From: an uncultured Gemmatimonadota bacterium
GTDB taxonomy: Bacteria; Gemmatimonadota; Gemmatimonadetes; Palauibacterales; Palauibacteraceae
Reading direction: 5' to 3'
DNA length: 64,000 bases
NCBI GenBank assembly: GCA_964510615.1
Contig: CAZEBA010000015.1
Span: 4,588 to 68,587, forward strand
Shown: in pieces, positions 43,709-52,417 of the stretch
How positions within the stretch are numbered: the first letter of the stretch is position 1
Layout of the letters: each line of letters starts with the position of its first letter
Notes under the pieces: generated by a model
The model's input: the letters and a program-made list of their open reading frames with translations, nothing else
Told to the model about the DNA's origin: nothing
The model's database searches: none
Translations under genes and position numbers: made by a program

Positions 43709-44980
43709 CTATGGCGTCGGCTCCTCCGCCAGCATCGCCTCGACGAGCGCGGCGGCCTCCGTGAGCAGCAGCTCGCCCGTGGCCGCGCTCAGACGGCCCG
43801 CCTCCACGAGAGCCTCGACCTCGTGCATGAAGGCTTCGATCTGATTGGCCGCCGTCTGAGGCCGGCCCGCTTCGAAGCTCTTCGCCGCCGCCATCAGCTT
43901 TTTCTTCAGGCTGTTCGCGTTCCCCTCGTCGAGCTCACCTGTCTCGGCCAGCTCATCGAGGTGGAAGCTCATGGCCGATATCCGCTCGCCGGCGGTCATG
44001 GGCGGAGCCTCGACGGGTCGTGAGATCGAGATCGTGTAGGCCAGCTCGTTGGCCAGCAGCTTGAGGCTGCGGACGAGGTTGGAGGCGTACCTCTGCTCGG
44101 AGGTGACCATGCTCGCGATCACCGTCCCCTCGCCCACCGGATACTCGATCAGGATCGGCTCCGGCTGACCGTCGAGGGTCGCGTCAGGCTGCGTCAACAC
44201 GACGTGGGTACCGGCGGGAAGATCGGTAAAGTAGCCGTGCGAGGAGTGGAACCAGTTGTCGAGGTCCTGACGGACCAGGACGTCCCGGATCTCGCCGCAG
44301 TTTCCGCTCGGACAGTCAACGGCCGCCGTGATGATCGGATGGGCGGCATCGGCGATCGAGTTGTCGTTGCGATAGGCGGTGACGCGCCGCAGGCCGCCGA
44401 CGAACGCGCGGCCGGCCCAGCTGCCGCCGTTGCCGGGACCCGCTGCGACGTCCGTGAGGTTGGCGGCCAGCACGCCACCTCCCTCGACGAACGACGTGAG
44501 CCCAGGGTGCACGACCCCGCCGGGGAAGAGCGCATCGTAGAAGGACTGGGTCTGCGCGGCGGAGATCACGACCGTGGAGAAGCTGCCGAGGTCCATCGAC
44601 GCCACCGCCGCCGACCCCGCCAGACAGAAGCCGACGCCGTGTGCGACCAGCTCCGTGACGTTCGCGCCCAGGGGATGCTGACCGGTGCCCATCCCCCAGG
44701 GAACGTTGTCCTGGAGCAGCAGGAGGGACTCGCCCCCCGTGCAGGCGAGGTCGTCCTCGGCGGCCAGTTCCGCCCCACCCACCTCGGCAACCGCCACGAC
44801 GTCGCCGACCACGGCACGGCCCGCCGGCTCGTCGCCAGCAGGCAGATCGACGCTCATGGAGGAGCCGGACGGATCCGGCGGCGCGGACGGCACGAGCGAA
44901 TCCGAGCAGGACGAGAGAAAAGCAAGGAAAATCACCGGGAGAAGGGCAGCCTGGACCGCCCGTACGTTCGAGTACCGCAT
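43709..44980 (-). CDS. hypothetical lipoprotein
   Basis: Track ORF 43709..45070. The ATG at 44980 has a GAGGT SD and gives MRYSNVRAVQAALLPVIFLAFLSSC (lipobox). An about 330-aa globular part is followed by a C-terminal helical hairpin (NSLKKKLMAAAKSFEAGRPQTAANQIEAFMHEVEALVEAGRLS). No family is confidently recognised. Confidence 0.65.
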   Translation of the reverse strand: MRYSNVRAVQAALLPVIFLAFLSSCSDSLVPSAPPDPSGSSMSVDLPAGDEPAGRAVVGDVVAVAEVGGAELAAEDDLACTGGESLLLLQDNVPWGMGTGQHPLGANVTELVAHGVGFCLAGSAAVASMDLGSFSTVVISAAQTQSFYDALFPGGVVHPGLTSFVEGGGVLAANLTDVAAGPGNGGSWAGRAFVGGLRRVTAYRNDNSIADAAHPIITAAVDCPSGNCGEIRDVLVRQDLDNWFHSSHGYFTDLPAGTHVVLTQPDATLDGQPEPILIEYPVGEGTVIASMVTSEQRYASNLVRSLKLLANELAYTISISRPVEAPPMTAGERISAMSFHLDELAETGELDEGNANSLKKKLMAAAKSFEAGRPQTAANQIEAFMHEVEALVEAGRLSAATGELLLTEAAALVEAMLAEEPTP

Positions 44981-45351
44981 CACTACCTCGACTCCGATGG
45001 GACAGGCTGGCGCCGCGGCTCGGCTCGGGCCACGACAGCCGACTCCGCACGGACCGCACGCAGAGATCACACCATCGGCAGTCGCCCGTGGTGATAGGTC
45101 GCAAGACGTTTATCTGTGTGGGCTTATGAAGTCGCTCCACAGGTAGAGCGCGAGGGCGGCGTCTGCAAAATCGAGTCGATGGCCGGGACTTCGTTCACAG
45201 ACAGCAACCCGCGTGCAATCGCACCATACGGTTGCGGACGGATGGAGAAGGAGCGCTATTCTGCATCGTTGTCCAGAGTCGCCGGCCTCGACGCTGCGAC
45301 CGCTCGCCTCGATGCCGCGACCGAACGCATCACGACAAGCTGGAGGCAGTT

Positions 45352-45939
45352 ATGTTGTCCGCACCTCACCGGCTCGCCTCAGCGTCGCTCCCCCTGCTCG
45401 CCGCGTTCCTGTGCGCCGTCTCGGTGCCGGGGACGGTGTCGGCACAGGAGGGGGAGTACGCGTCGCCCGAGCTCGAAGCACAGATCGCCAGCGCCATGAG
45501 CGCAGCCCCGGCTTCGATCTCCGCCAAGGCCACGATCGTCGACTGGAACATGAACTTGCTACGCGAGGGCACGAACGAGTGGACGTGTCTGCCCGATCGG
45601 CCCGATACGCCCGGCACCGACCCCTGGTGTATCACCGATGCCTGGATGAACTTCCTTCACGCTTACGTCGGCAAGACGGAGCCCACGTACACCGACATCG
45701 GCTTCGCCTACATGCTCCAGGGCGACACGCCCGTCAGCAACACCGATCCGTACGCCACCGAGCCCACCGGCGGCGACGATTGGGTCACGAACCTGGGCCC
45801 GCACCTGATGATTCTGGTGCCGGACAAGAAGCTGCTGAAGAGCATCTCGACCGATCAGTTGAACGGCGGGCCGTGGATCATGTGGCCGAACACACCGTAT
45901 GCGCACATCATGATCCCGCTGGAGAGCCGGGGACGCTGA
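45352..45939 (+). CDS. hypothetical secreted protein
   Basis: Track ORF 45232..45939. The ATG at 45352 is preceded by GGAGG (45343..45347). The product starts MLSAPHRLASASLPLLAAFLCAVSVPGTVSAQ (signal peptide). Confidence 0.7.
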   Translation: MLSAPHRLASASLPLLAAFLCAVSVPGTVSAQEGEYASPELEAQIASAMSAAPASISAKATIVDWNMNLLREGTNEWTCLPDRPDTPGTDPWCITDAWMNFLHAYVGKTEPTYTDIGFAYMLQGDTPVSNTDPYATEPTGGDDWVTNLGPHLMILVPDKKLLKSISTDQLNGGPWIMWPNTPYAHIMIPLESRGR

Positions 45940-45977
45940 CCGGAGGAGGCTGACTGGAGGAGGGCTGACCGGAGGAC
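45935..45977. repeat. three tandem 14-15-nt units GCTGAC(C/T)GGAGGAG(G) spanning the stop codon and convergent intergenic region
   Basis: The units lie at 45935..45948, 45949..45963 and 45964..45977. The first contains the TGA stop (45937..45939) of the preceding gene. Confidence 0.75.
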
Positions 45978-46006
45978 GCCGCGCGGTCGGCCCTCGCCGC
46001 AAGTTC

Positions 46007-47371
46007 TCAGTTCGGGTCGCAGCTGAACTGAACGTCCACGGTTCGCAGGTCGTGCGGCTCCACCTCGGACGGTGAGACGAGCGCGATCAGCGTGCGGCTC
46101 TCCGGCTGAGCGGGGGCGACCGTCTGGATCGTGAGGACGCCGTTCCGCACCACGGTCTCGCGCACTGCCGGTTGGAAGGGCTGGAAGCGGTAGAGCATCA
46201 GGATCGGGTTCGGTTCCGCCAGCGGCAGCGTCTCCGTGCCGTTTGCCCGGATGACCCTCAGCAGCAGGCCCTGTGAGCCGCGGGCGGCGGCCTCGCGCAC
46301 CGGCACCACCTCATCGCCCAGGAACCTGTACACCTCGACTTCGGTGTCCTCGCGGCTCCGGATCTCGAGCGCCCAGGCCGGGCAGGCCCTCTGTTCGGGA
46401 ATCGCCGCGGCAGCCACGGAGGTCGCCGGGTCGTCCAGGAACGCCGTGAGGCGGGGGTTTTCAGGATCGATCGCCAGGCCGTCCTCGACGATCCGAACGG
46501 CGGCGACAGCCGCCCCCGCCTCGTAGAGGATCCGCGCGATCGACAGCCGCCGGTCGACGTCTTCCGGACCGAGCTGGAGGTACTGTCGGTAGAGCCGCGT
46601 GGCGCCCTCGGCATCGTCCAGCCGGAGACGGCCATAGGCGAGGCCCCGGATCGCGCGAGCGGCCACGCCGATCGACAGCCGCGGACCGGCCGAGAGCGTC
46701 GTCTCCAGATCGGCGACGGCCTCCTCCCACCGCTCCAGGCCCGAGAAGGCGCGCCCACGGGAGTAAAACGCCTCCATCCCGTCCTGACGCAGGCTGAGCG
46801 CCTGGTCACAGCTCGCCAGCGCGTCGCCGAACTGGTCAGCGTCGAGCAGCTGCTCGCACTGGCGAAGCGACTCGAGGTAGCCGAGCTGGCCCTCGAAGCC
46901 CGCGACGACTCCGGCGGCCACCTCCCTGGCCCCCGAGCCGCCGTCATCCGGGACCGCGATCTCCGGCAGGGGGAGCTCATCCCCCCACCATGGCTGCAGG
47001 AAGAGCGCCTGGACGCGAACCCCCTCGCCGGAGGCGGCCGTGCTGCCGATCATCACCCATTCGGCGTCCAGCTGACCACCGAGCTGTCGCCAGTGGATCG
47101 GCGTCAGGGCGACGACTCGCGCCTGTGCGCGGAACACCTTCAGCGCGTTCTCGACCATTCGCCGTTCGAGTGGTTCCACGCCGTCCAGGCGGTCGAGACC
47201 CTTCCAAACCTCGTCGGCCACGCGCTCCCCGAACTCCCCGTTCACTCCCACGGCCGGCGCCAGCGGAGCCACCAGGACGCGCACAGGGGTCGTCTGGGCC
47301 GCGAGCCGGAACGGTACGGCAGGCGAAAGGGAGAGAAGGAGCAGCAACGCTCCCGGGAAGCGATAACGCAC
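46007..47371 (-). CDS. TPR-repeat secreted protein
   Basis: Track ORF 46007..47473. A GTG at 47371 gives (M)RYRFPGALLLLLSLSPAVPFRLAAQ (signal peptide). The central region has TPR-like helices (EAFYSRGRAFSGLERWEEAVADLETTL, RGLAYGRLRLDDAEGATRLYRQYLQL). The start is uncertain. Confidence 0.6.
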   Translation of the reverse strand: MRYRFPGALLLLLSLSPAVPFRLAAQTTPVRVLVAPLAPAVGVNGEFGERVADEVWKGLDRLDGVEPLERRMVENALKVFRAQARVVALTPIHWRQLGGQLDAEWVMIGSTAASGEGVRVQALFLQPWWGDELPLPEIAVPDDGGSGAREVAAGVVAGFEGQLGYLESLRQCEQLLDADQFGDALASCDQALSLRQDGMEAFYSRGRAFSGLERWEEAVADLETTLSAGPRLSIGVAARAIRGLAYGRLRLDDAEGATRLYRQYLQLGPEDVDRRLSIARILYEAGAAVAAVRIVEDGLAIDPENPRLTAFLDDPATSVAAAAIPEQRACPAWALEIRSREDTEVEVYRFLGDEVVPVREAAARGSQGLLLRVIRANGTETLPLAEPNPILMLYRFQPFQPAVRETVVRNGVLTIQTVAPAQPESRTLIALVSPSEVEPHDLRTVDVQFSCDPN

Positions 47372-47529
47372 CGATCGAGGACCGACCACCGGCTTGCCGT
47401 ACCCTGCGGGTCTACGCCGCCATCTTCTTCCGTGGCACAAGGGGAATCGTAGTGCGCGGCCTGCGGAGCGCAATAGCGATCAAGGCCCGGAGCAACGGCA
47501 GGGGTCTGCCGCCGATGCGAGAGGCTCGC

Positions 47530-48714
47530 CTAGGGCAAGGGGACGCGGTGGGCCAGGGGATACTGCAGGAAGACGTCGTAGTGCCGCTTGGGGGCTCCGG
47601 TATGGATCGTCCCCTCGAAGTTCATCTTGACCCCACCGGTCGAGAATAGGGGGGCATCCAGCGGCAGGAAGACGCTGTGCTCGGGCCAGGTTTCGTACAT
47701 GAGACGGAACAGTTCGTCGGCAGGGGATTTGTCCAGGATGTCGTATGCGACAGTCGACCCGGACAAGATCCTGGCCGCCCCCACGCCCAGGACGATCACC
47801 GGGCCGCCGACGGCAGCGCTACGGTGCACCAGATAGTCGCCCAGCCACTCCTGCTCCGTTCCCTTGAGGCGCTGTTTCTGCGCGTGGTTGCCGCCGACGT
47901 TCATGAGCGTGCGGTGCTCGTAGCCCCCCAGCCTGAGATCGGCGAGCCTCTTCATCTCGGTCTCGCGGAGCCGCACGGACCGATCATAATCGGTCTCGCG
48001 GAGCGCGCGCACGGTCACGCTCACCCGCTCTACCGCGACCATCTCGGCTATCGTCTCGTACCAAGCCGACCCCCAGCTGCGGACCAGCTCCTCACGGCCG
48101 GCCAGGAGCTCGGCCTCGAGAGCCGTGAGCGCCTCCTCGTGCCGCTCGACGGGCTGATGCTGGCTGCGAAGAAACGGGTCGAGCGGTCCGGGATCGGAGA
48201 GATTCTCTGACAGCGTCCCGATCAAGTCGAGGAAGCTATCCATCCCGCCGTAGTCGGACAGGTTGACGTCGATGGCCCGCACCTGAACGCGCTCTCCGGC
48301 GGGCAGCGTGCGGTTGAAGTCCCGTACCGCCTCGATCATCTCTCCGCCCAGCGAGACAGGAGGCTTCCAATCGGGCACGAGTCCACCTTCCAGCACCAGG
48401 TCGGCCAGCAGCCAGTCGGCCATCTGGGGCCATTCGAGCAGAAGCTGGCGGAAACCCCGTGCGTGGAGGGACCGAACCAGCTCGGCCACGAACTCGTAGT
48501 GGTCACGCAAATGGTGCGTCTCTCCCACCACGACCAGCGTGTTTTGCGCCAGGCGGTCCAGTGCCTCCGTCGGAAGCGCCGGCGTCGAGAACGAGAGGCC
48601 GTCGCGCTCGACGACTTGCTTCAACTCGGGCTGCTCGACGCCCGTGAGCTCGCTGCACCCGGGCGCTGCTCCCAGCAGCGCCAGAACGACGCCGAACTTC
48701 GGTATCACCCTCAT
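47530..48714 (-). CDS. hypothetical lipoprotein (possibly ChaN/erythromycin-esterase-like fold)
   Basis: Track ORF 47530..48828. The ATG at 48714 has a GGAGG SD and gives MRVIPKFGVVLALLGAAPGC (lipobox). The LVVVGETHH motif is reminiscent of ChaN-type proteins. The functional call is weak. Confidence 0.6.
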   Translation of the reverse strand: MRVIPKFGVVLALLGAAPGCSELTGVEQPELKQVVERDGLSFSTPALPTEALDRLAQNTLVVVGETHHLRDHYEFVAELVRSLHARGFRQLLLEWPQMADWLLADLVLEGGLVPDWKPPVSLGGEMIEAVRDFNRTLPAGERVQVRAIDVNLSDYGGMDSFLDLIGTLSENLSDPGPLDPFLRSQHQPVERHEEALTALEAELLAGREELVRSWGSAWYETIAEMVAVERVSVTVRALRETDYDRSVRLRETEMKRLADLRLGGYEHRTLMNVGGNHAQKQRLKGTEQEWLGDYLVHRSAAVGGPVIVLGVGAARILSGSTVAYDILDKSPADELFRLMYETWPEHSVFLPLDAPLFSTGGVKMNFEGTIHTGAPKRHYDVFLQYPLAHRVPLP

Positions 48715-49016
48715 GCGGCCTCCAGTGCCACGAATCTCGCTCTGCCCATACTTCGCCCAGGGTCGAGCCGCCGGTATCGGGTAATCCTCGACGGACCATG
48801 TCGGGAATTCCCTCGCCAGACCCGACACGCCTGGTTTGTTTGCAGAGGCCGCGACCGATCACGAGGCTCCCCCCGGAGCGCTAAATCGGAGTACCGATCG
48901 CGGTTCGAGGACCGTTTCCCTAGCTTGAGCGTCGATGCGCCGGCGGATTCCCGACAGGGAGGCGGGTTGTCTTCCCGTAGCCGGCTGGAGCAACGGTCCA
49001 CGAAGGAGGAGGTTCC

Positions 49017-50990
49017 GTGCACGAACCGGCGACCGTCCGCGTTCATCGCTGTGCCTGCCTTGGCATTCTCCTGTCGGCCGCGTGCTCTCCCGCCTCCGAG
49101 GACGCCGAACAGCCTCGGGAGATCGTGGCCTTCAGCACGCTTCGCCCGGCCAACTGGGATCTGTACCTGTTCGACGAGCCGGGCGCCGCGCCCCGGCAGC
49201 TCACCACGGATCCCGCACCGGACTACAACCCCACTTTCTCCCCGGATGGCCGATGGGTGGTGTTCACCTCCGAGCGCCACGGCACCGCCGACCTGTTCGC
49301 GCTGGACCTCGAGAATCCCGGCGATCCGGTCCGGCTTACCTCGAGCGATGCCATGGAGGACGCGGCCTCGTTCTCGCCCGATGGCCGGTCCCTCACCTTC
49401 GTGAGCACGGAGAGTGGGAACCCGGACATCTACCTGATGCCGTTCGCGCCCGAGGCTCCCGCCGCCTCCGAGGCTCCCGCCGCCTCCAATGCATCCGCCG
49501 GCAGCCAAGGGGTGAACCTCACGCGGAACGCGGCAGGCGACTTCAACCCGGCGTTCTCCCCCGACGGCGAGTGGATCGCCTTCTCCAGCAACCGGGACAC
49601 CCCCGACGATCCGTTCACCACCCCGGGGGCACCCGACCTCTATCGGGCCGGCGAGATCTACGTGATGCGGACGGATGGCACGGACCTCCTGAGGCTCACC
49701 GAACATCCGGGATGGGACGGCTCGCCGGCGTGGGGGTCCGATGGCACCCTCTACTTCTATTCCCAGGGCCCGGCGCCGGAATCGGCCGAGGTCGGTTTCT
49801 TCGAGGCCGGAGGCACGACCCGGATCTACCGCAGGTCGGCGGACGGGTCCGGACTGCAGGCCGTGAGCGCGGAGGGCGAGCCTGCGCTCTCGCCCGCGGT
49901 GACGCCGGAGGGGCGCGTCGCCTTCGCGGCGCAGCGCGACGGCCGGTGGACCATCGTCTCCACGGCGCCCGACGGCTCGAACGCTCGAGTCGAGAGCGAC
50001 ACCGATCGGGACTACTGGGCGCCGGCCTATGACGCCGGCACCGGCCGGATGGTCGCTCACGGAGCCGGCGCCGCGGACCCGGCGACGACCTTCGAGAGTG
50101 ATACCCCGGGCCCGTTCCCGGCCACGCCCTACAGCGTGGACCTCCCCGACCGCACCCTGCTGCTGCACGCCGTCCGCGGCTACCTGCCGACCCTGAACCG
50201 GCAGACCGGGAACGTGGCCACCAGCGAGGGCTTCGCCCGACTCGTCGTTTCCCGCCTGGACGGATCGGAGAAGCGGACCGTCTTCGACAGCGCGCACCAG
50301 GACCGCTACCGGGGCGACCTTTCGGTCTTCGGCCCCACCTGGTCATGGGACGGCGAATGGCTGGCGTTCGGCGTCGGCCTGCCGTTCTCGCCCACTTCGG
50401 ACGTCGATATCTGGAAGAGCCGCCCCGATGGGCGCGAGGCGGTGAACCTGACGCCCGACTCGGACGCCAACGATGCGCTGCCGGCCTTCTCCCCGGACGG
50501 GCGGTGGATCGTCTTCCGCAGCACGCGGAGCGGCAACAGCGAGATCTATCTCATGAACGCCGACGGCTCGAACGTCCGCCGGCTCACCGAGACGAACGCG
50601 ACCAACACGATGCCGGCGTTCTCCTCGAGTGGAGACCGGATCGCCTTCGTCTCGACCCGGGACGGAGACTACGAGATCTACATCCTCGAGCTCGGCGACG
50701 ATGGGACGCCCGGCAACCTGGAGCGCATCACGAACAGCCCCGGACGCGACATGCATCCCAAGTTCTCCCCCGACGACCAGTGGCTGCTGTTCGCGTCCCA
50801 GCGCGCCGGGCTCGGCGACGAGATGCCGCTGCTGCGGGTGATGTTCCAGCCTCAGCCGTACGGCGAGGAGTACGCGATGCGGCTGGCGGATCGGCAGGTC
50901 TTCCGCCTCACCCAGAACAAGTGGGAGGACGGGCCAGGGGTGTGGGGCAGCCTCCCGCCGGCGGCGGGCGACCCGCCGCCGGTCGACTGA
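49017..50990 (+). CDS. PD40/TolB-like beta-propeller repeat lipoprotein
   Basis: 657 aa. A GTG start is preceded by GAAGGAGGAGG. The lipobox is GILLSAAC. PD40 repeats recur throughout (FSPDGRWVVFTSER, FSPDGRSLTFVS, FSPDGEWIAFSS, FSPDGRWIVFRSTRSGNSEIYLM, FSSSGDRIAFVSTRDGDYEIY, FSPDDQWLLFAS). Confidence 0.85.
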   Translation: MHEPATVRVHRCACLGILLSAACSPASEDAEQPREIVAFSTLRPANWDLYLFDEPGAAPRQLTTDPAPDYNPTFSPDGRWVVFTSERHGTADLFALDLENPGDPVRLTSSDAMEDAASFSPDGRSLTFVSTESGNPDIYLMPFAPEAPAASEAPAASNASAGSQGVNLTRNAAGDFNPAFSPDGEWIAFSSNRDTPDDPFTTPGAPDLYRAGEIYVMRTDGTDLLRLTEHPGWDGSPAWGSDGTLYFYSQGPAPESAEVGFFEAGGTTRIYRRSADGSGLQAVSAEGEPALSPAVTPEGRVAFAAQRDGRWTIVSTAPDGSNARVESDTDRDYWAPAYDAGTGRMVAHGAGAADPATTFESDTPGPFPATPYSVDLPDRTLLLHAVRGYLPTLNRQTGNVATSEGFARLVVSRLDGSEKRTVFDSAHQDRYRGDLSVFGPTWSWDGEWLAFGVGLPFSPTSDVDIWKSRPDGREAVNLTPDSDANDALPAFSPDGRWIVFRSTRSGNSEIYLMNADGSNVRRLTETNATNTMPAFSSSGDRIAFVSTRDGDYEIYILELGDDGTPGNLERITNSPGRDMHPKFSPDDQWLLFASQRAGLGDEMPLLRVMFQPQPYGEEYAMRLADRQVFRLTQNKWEDGPGVWGSLPPAAGDPPPVD

Positions 50991-51056
50991 TGTATCACCG
51001 AGTTCGAGAAGCGTTCTTCTGATGCCTCTTCGGACTTCGATCGCTCCGCCGGCCCA

Positions 51057-52409
51057 ATGAGCCGATCCATCCTCATCGTCGACGATGACGAGCGTATCCT
51101 GGCCTCGCTCTCGCAGGCTTTGGACAGCGACTCCACCGACGTGCGCACGGCGGGCACCGCCGAGCTCGCGGTCGCCCGCCTTGCCGAGGCGCCGGCCGAC
51201 GTCGTTCTCGCCGACCTCAAGATGCCGGGTATGGACGGCATGGAGCTGCTCAAGCTTCTGCGGGATCGGTCTCCCGAGATCGACGTCCTGATCATGACCG
51301 CCTACGACGACCTTCCCACGGTGGCGAAGGCGATGCGCGAGGGTGCCGCGGACTTCCTCACCAAGCCGCTCGACCTTCACCACCTCCGCCGGGTGCTGAA
51401 CCGCGTCTTCGAGGACCGTTCCGTCCGAAGTCGGGCGGCATCGAGGTCGAAGATCGGGGATCGGGCAGCGGACGGCGCAGAGCGGATGGTCGGGCGGGAC
51501 CCGGCGATGGTGGAGATCTTCAAGCTGATCGGACAGGTGGCCGGCACCCGAACCACCGTCGTGGTCCGCGGCGAGAGCGGCACGGGGAAGGAGCTCGTCG
51601 CGCGGGAGATCCACGCCAGCTCGCCCTACTCCGGCGAGCCGTTCGTGGCCGTGAACTGCACGGCGCTCCCAGCTACTCTCCTCGAGTCCGAGCTCTTCGG
51701 CCACCTGAAGGGCGCGTTCACCGACGCCGTCAGCGACCGCAAGGGACGGTTCGCCCTCGCCGGCCGGGGGACGATCTTCTTGGACGAGATCGGCGACACA
51801 CCACCCGAATTCCAGGCCAAACTCCTCCGTGTCCTCCAGGAGCACGAGTTCTACCCGGTCGGCGCCGAGCGGCCCGAGCGCTCCGAGGCGCGCGTGATCG
51901 CGGCGACCCACCGCGACCTGGAGGAGGAGGTGGCGCTCGGCCGCTTCCGCGAGGACCTCTACTATCGACTCAGAGTCGTGGAGATCTTCGTCCCGCCGCT
52001 GCGGGAGCGGATGGGGGACATTCCCCTTCTGGCCCAGCACCTGGTACGCAAAGTCGGCGCAGTTGTTGATCGACCGGGACTGAGGTTGGCGCCGGAGAGC
52101 ATCGATTCGCTAATGACGCACCCCTGGCCCGGGAACGTGCGGGAGCTGGAGAACTGTCTCACCCGTGCGGTGGTCATGGCCACCAGCGAGGTGATCCGGC
52201 CCGAGAACCTCCAGTTTGGCGCTCCCGCCGCAGCCACCGGAGTCGAGCAGGAGAGCCTCGCCACGCTGGAGGATGTCGAGCGGGCACACATCGCCCGGAT
52301 CCTCCAGGCGACCAGCGGACACAAGTCCCGGAGTGCCGAGATCCTGGGCATCTCGCGGCCCCGCCTCGACCGCCTGATCCAGAAGTTCGAGCTGGAGCAC
52401 CTGACGTAG
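51057..52409 (+). CDS. sigma-54-dependent response regulator (NtrC family: REC + AAA+ + Fis-type HTH)
   Basis: 450 aa. It has a REC domain (ILIVDDDE...DVVLADLKMPGMDG), an AAA+ domain (VVVRGESGTGKELVAREIH, ESELFGH, GAFT-like loop KGAFTDA) and a C-terminal HTH. Confidence 0.95.
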   Translation: MSRSILIVDDDERILASLSQALDSDSTDVRTAGTAELAVARLAEAPADVVLADLKMPGMDGMELLKLLRDRSPEIDVLIMTAYDDLPTVAKAMREGAADFLTKPLDLHHLRRVLNRVFEDRSVRSRAASRSKIGDRAADGAERMVGRDPAMVEIFKLIGQVAGTRTTVVVRGESGTGKELVAREIHASSPYSGEPFVAVNCTALPATLLESELFGHLKGAFTDAVSDRKGRFALAGRGTIFLDEIGDTPPEFQAKLLRVLQEHEFYPVGAERPERSEARVIAATHRDLEEEVALGRFREDLYYRLRVVEIFVPPLRERMGDIPLLAQHLVRKVGAVVDRPGLRLAPESIDSLMTHPWPGNVRELENCLTRAVVMATSEVIRPENLQFGAPAAATGVEQESLATLEDVERAHIARILQATSGHKSRSAEILGISRPRLDRLIQKFELEHLT

Positions 52410-52417
52410 CGCCCGAC

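Noticed and set aside
48902-48912. GGTTCGAGG, a tRNA T-loop-like string in the intergenic region before 49017.
   Set aside because: The flanking bases cannot form a T-stem (CGCGG/ACCGT and GCGGT/CCGTT do not pair), and no acceptor or anticodon arms are evident. It is not a tRNA.
49452-49487. 18-nt perfect tandem duplication GAGGCTCCCGCCGCCTCC x2 (encoding EAPAAS-EAPAAS) in the first propeller gene. Also the 15-nt duplication CTGGGGAGCGCCCTG x2 at about 23741..23770.
   Set aside because: These are short in-frame linker or signal-peptide duplications, with only two copies and no spacer structure. They are neither CRISPR-like nor functionally suggestive.
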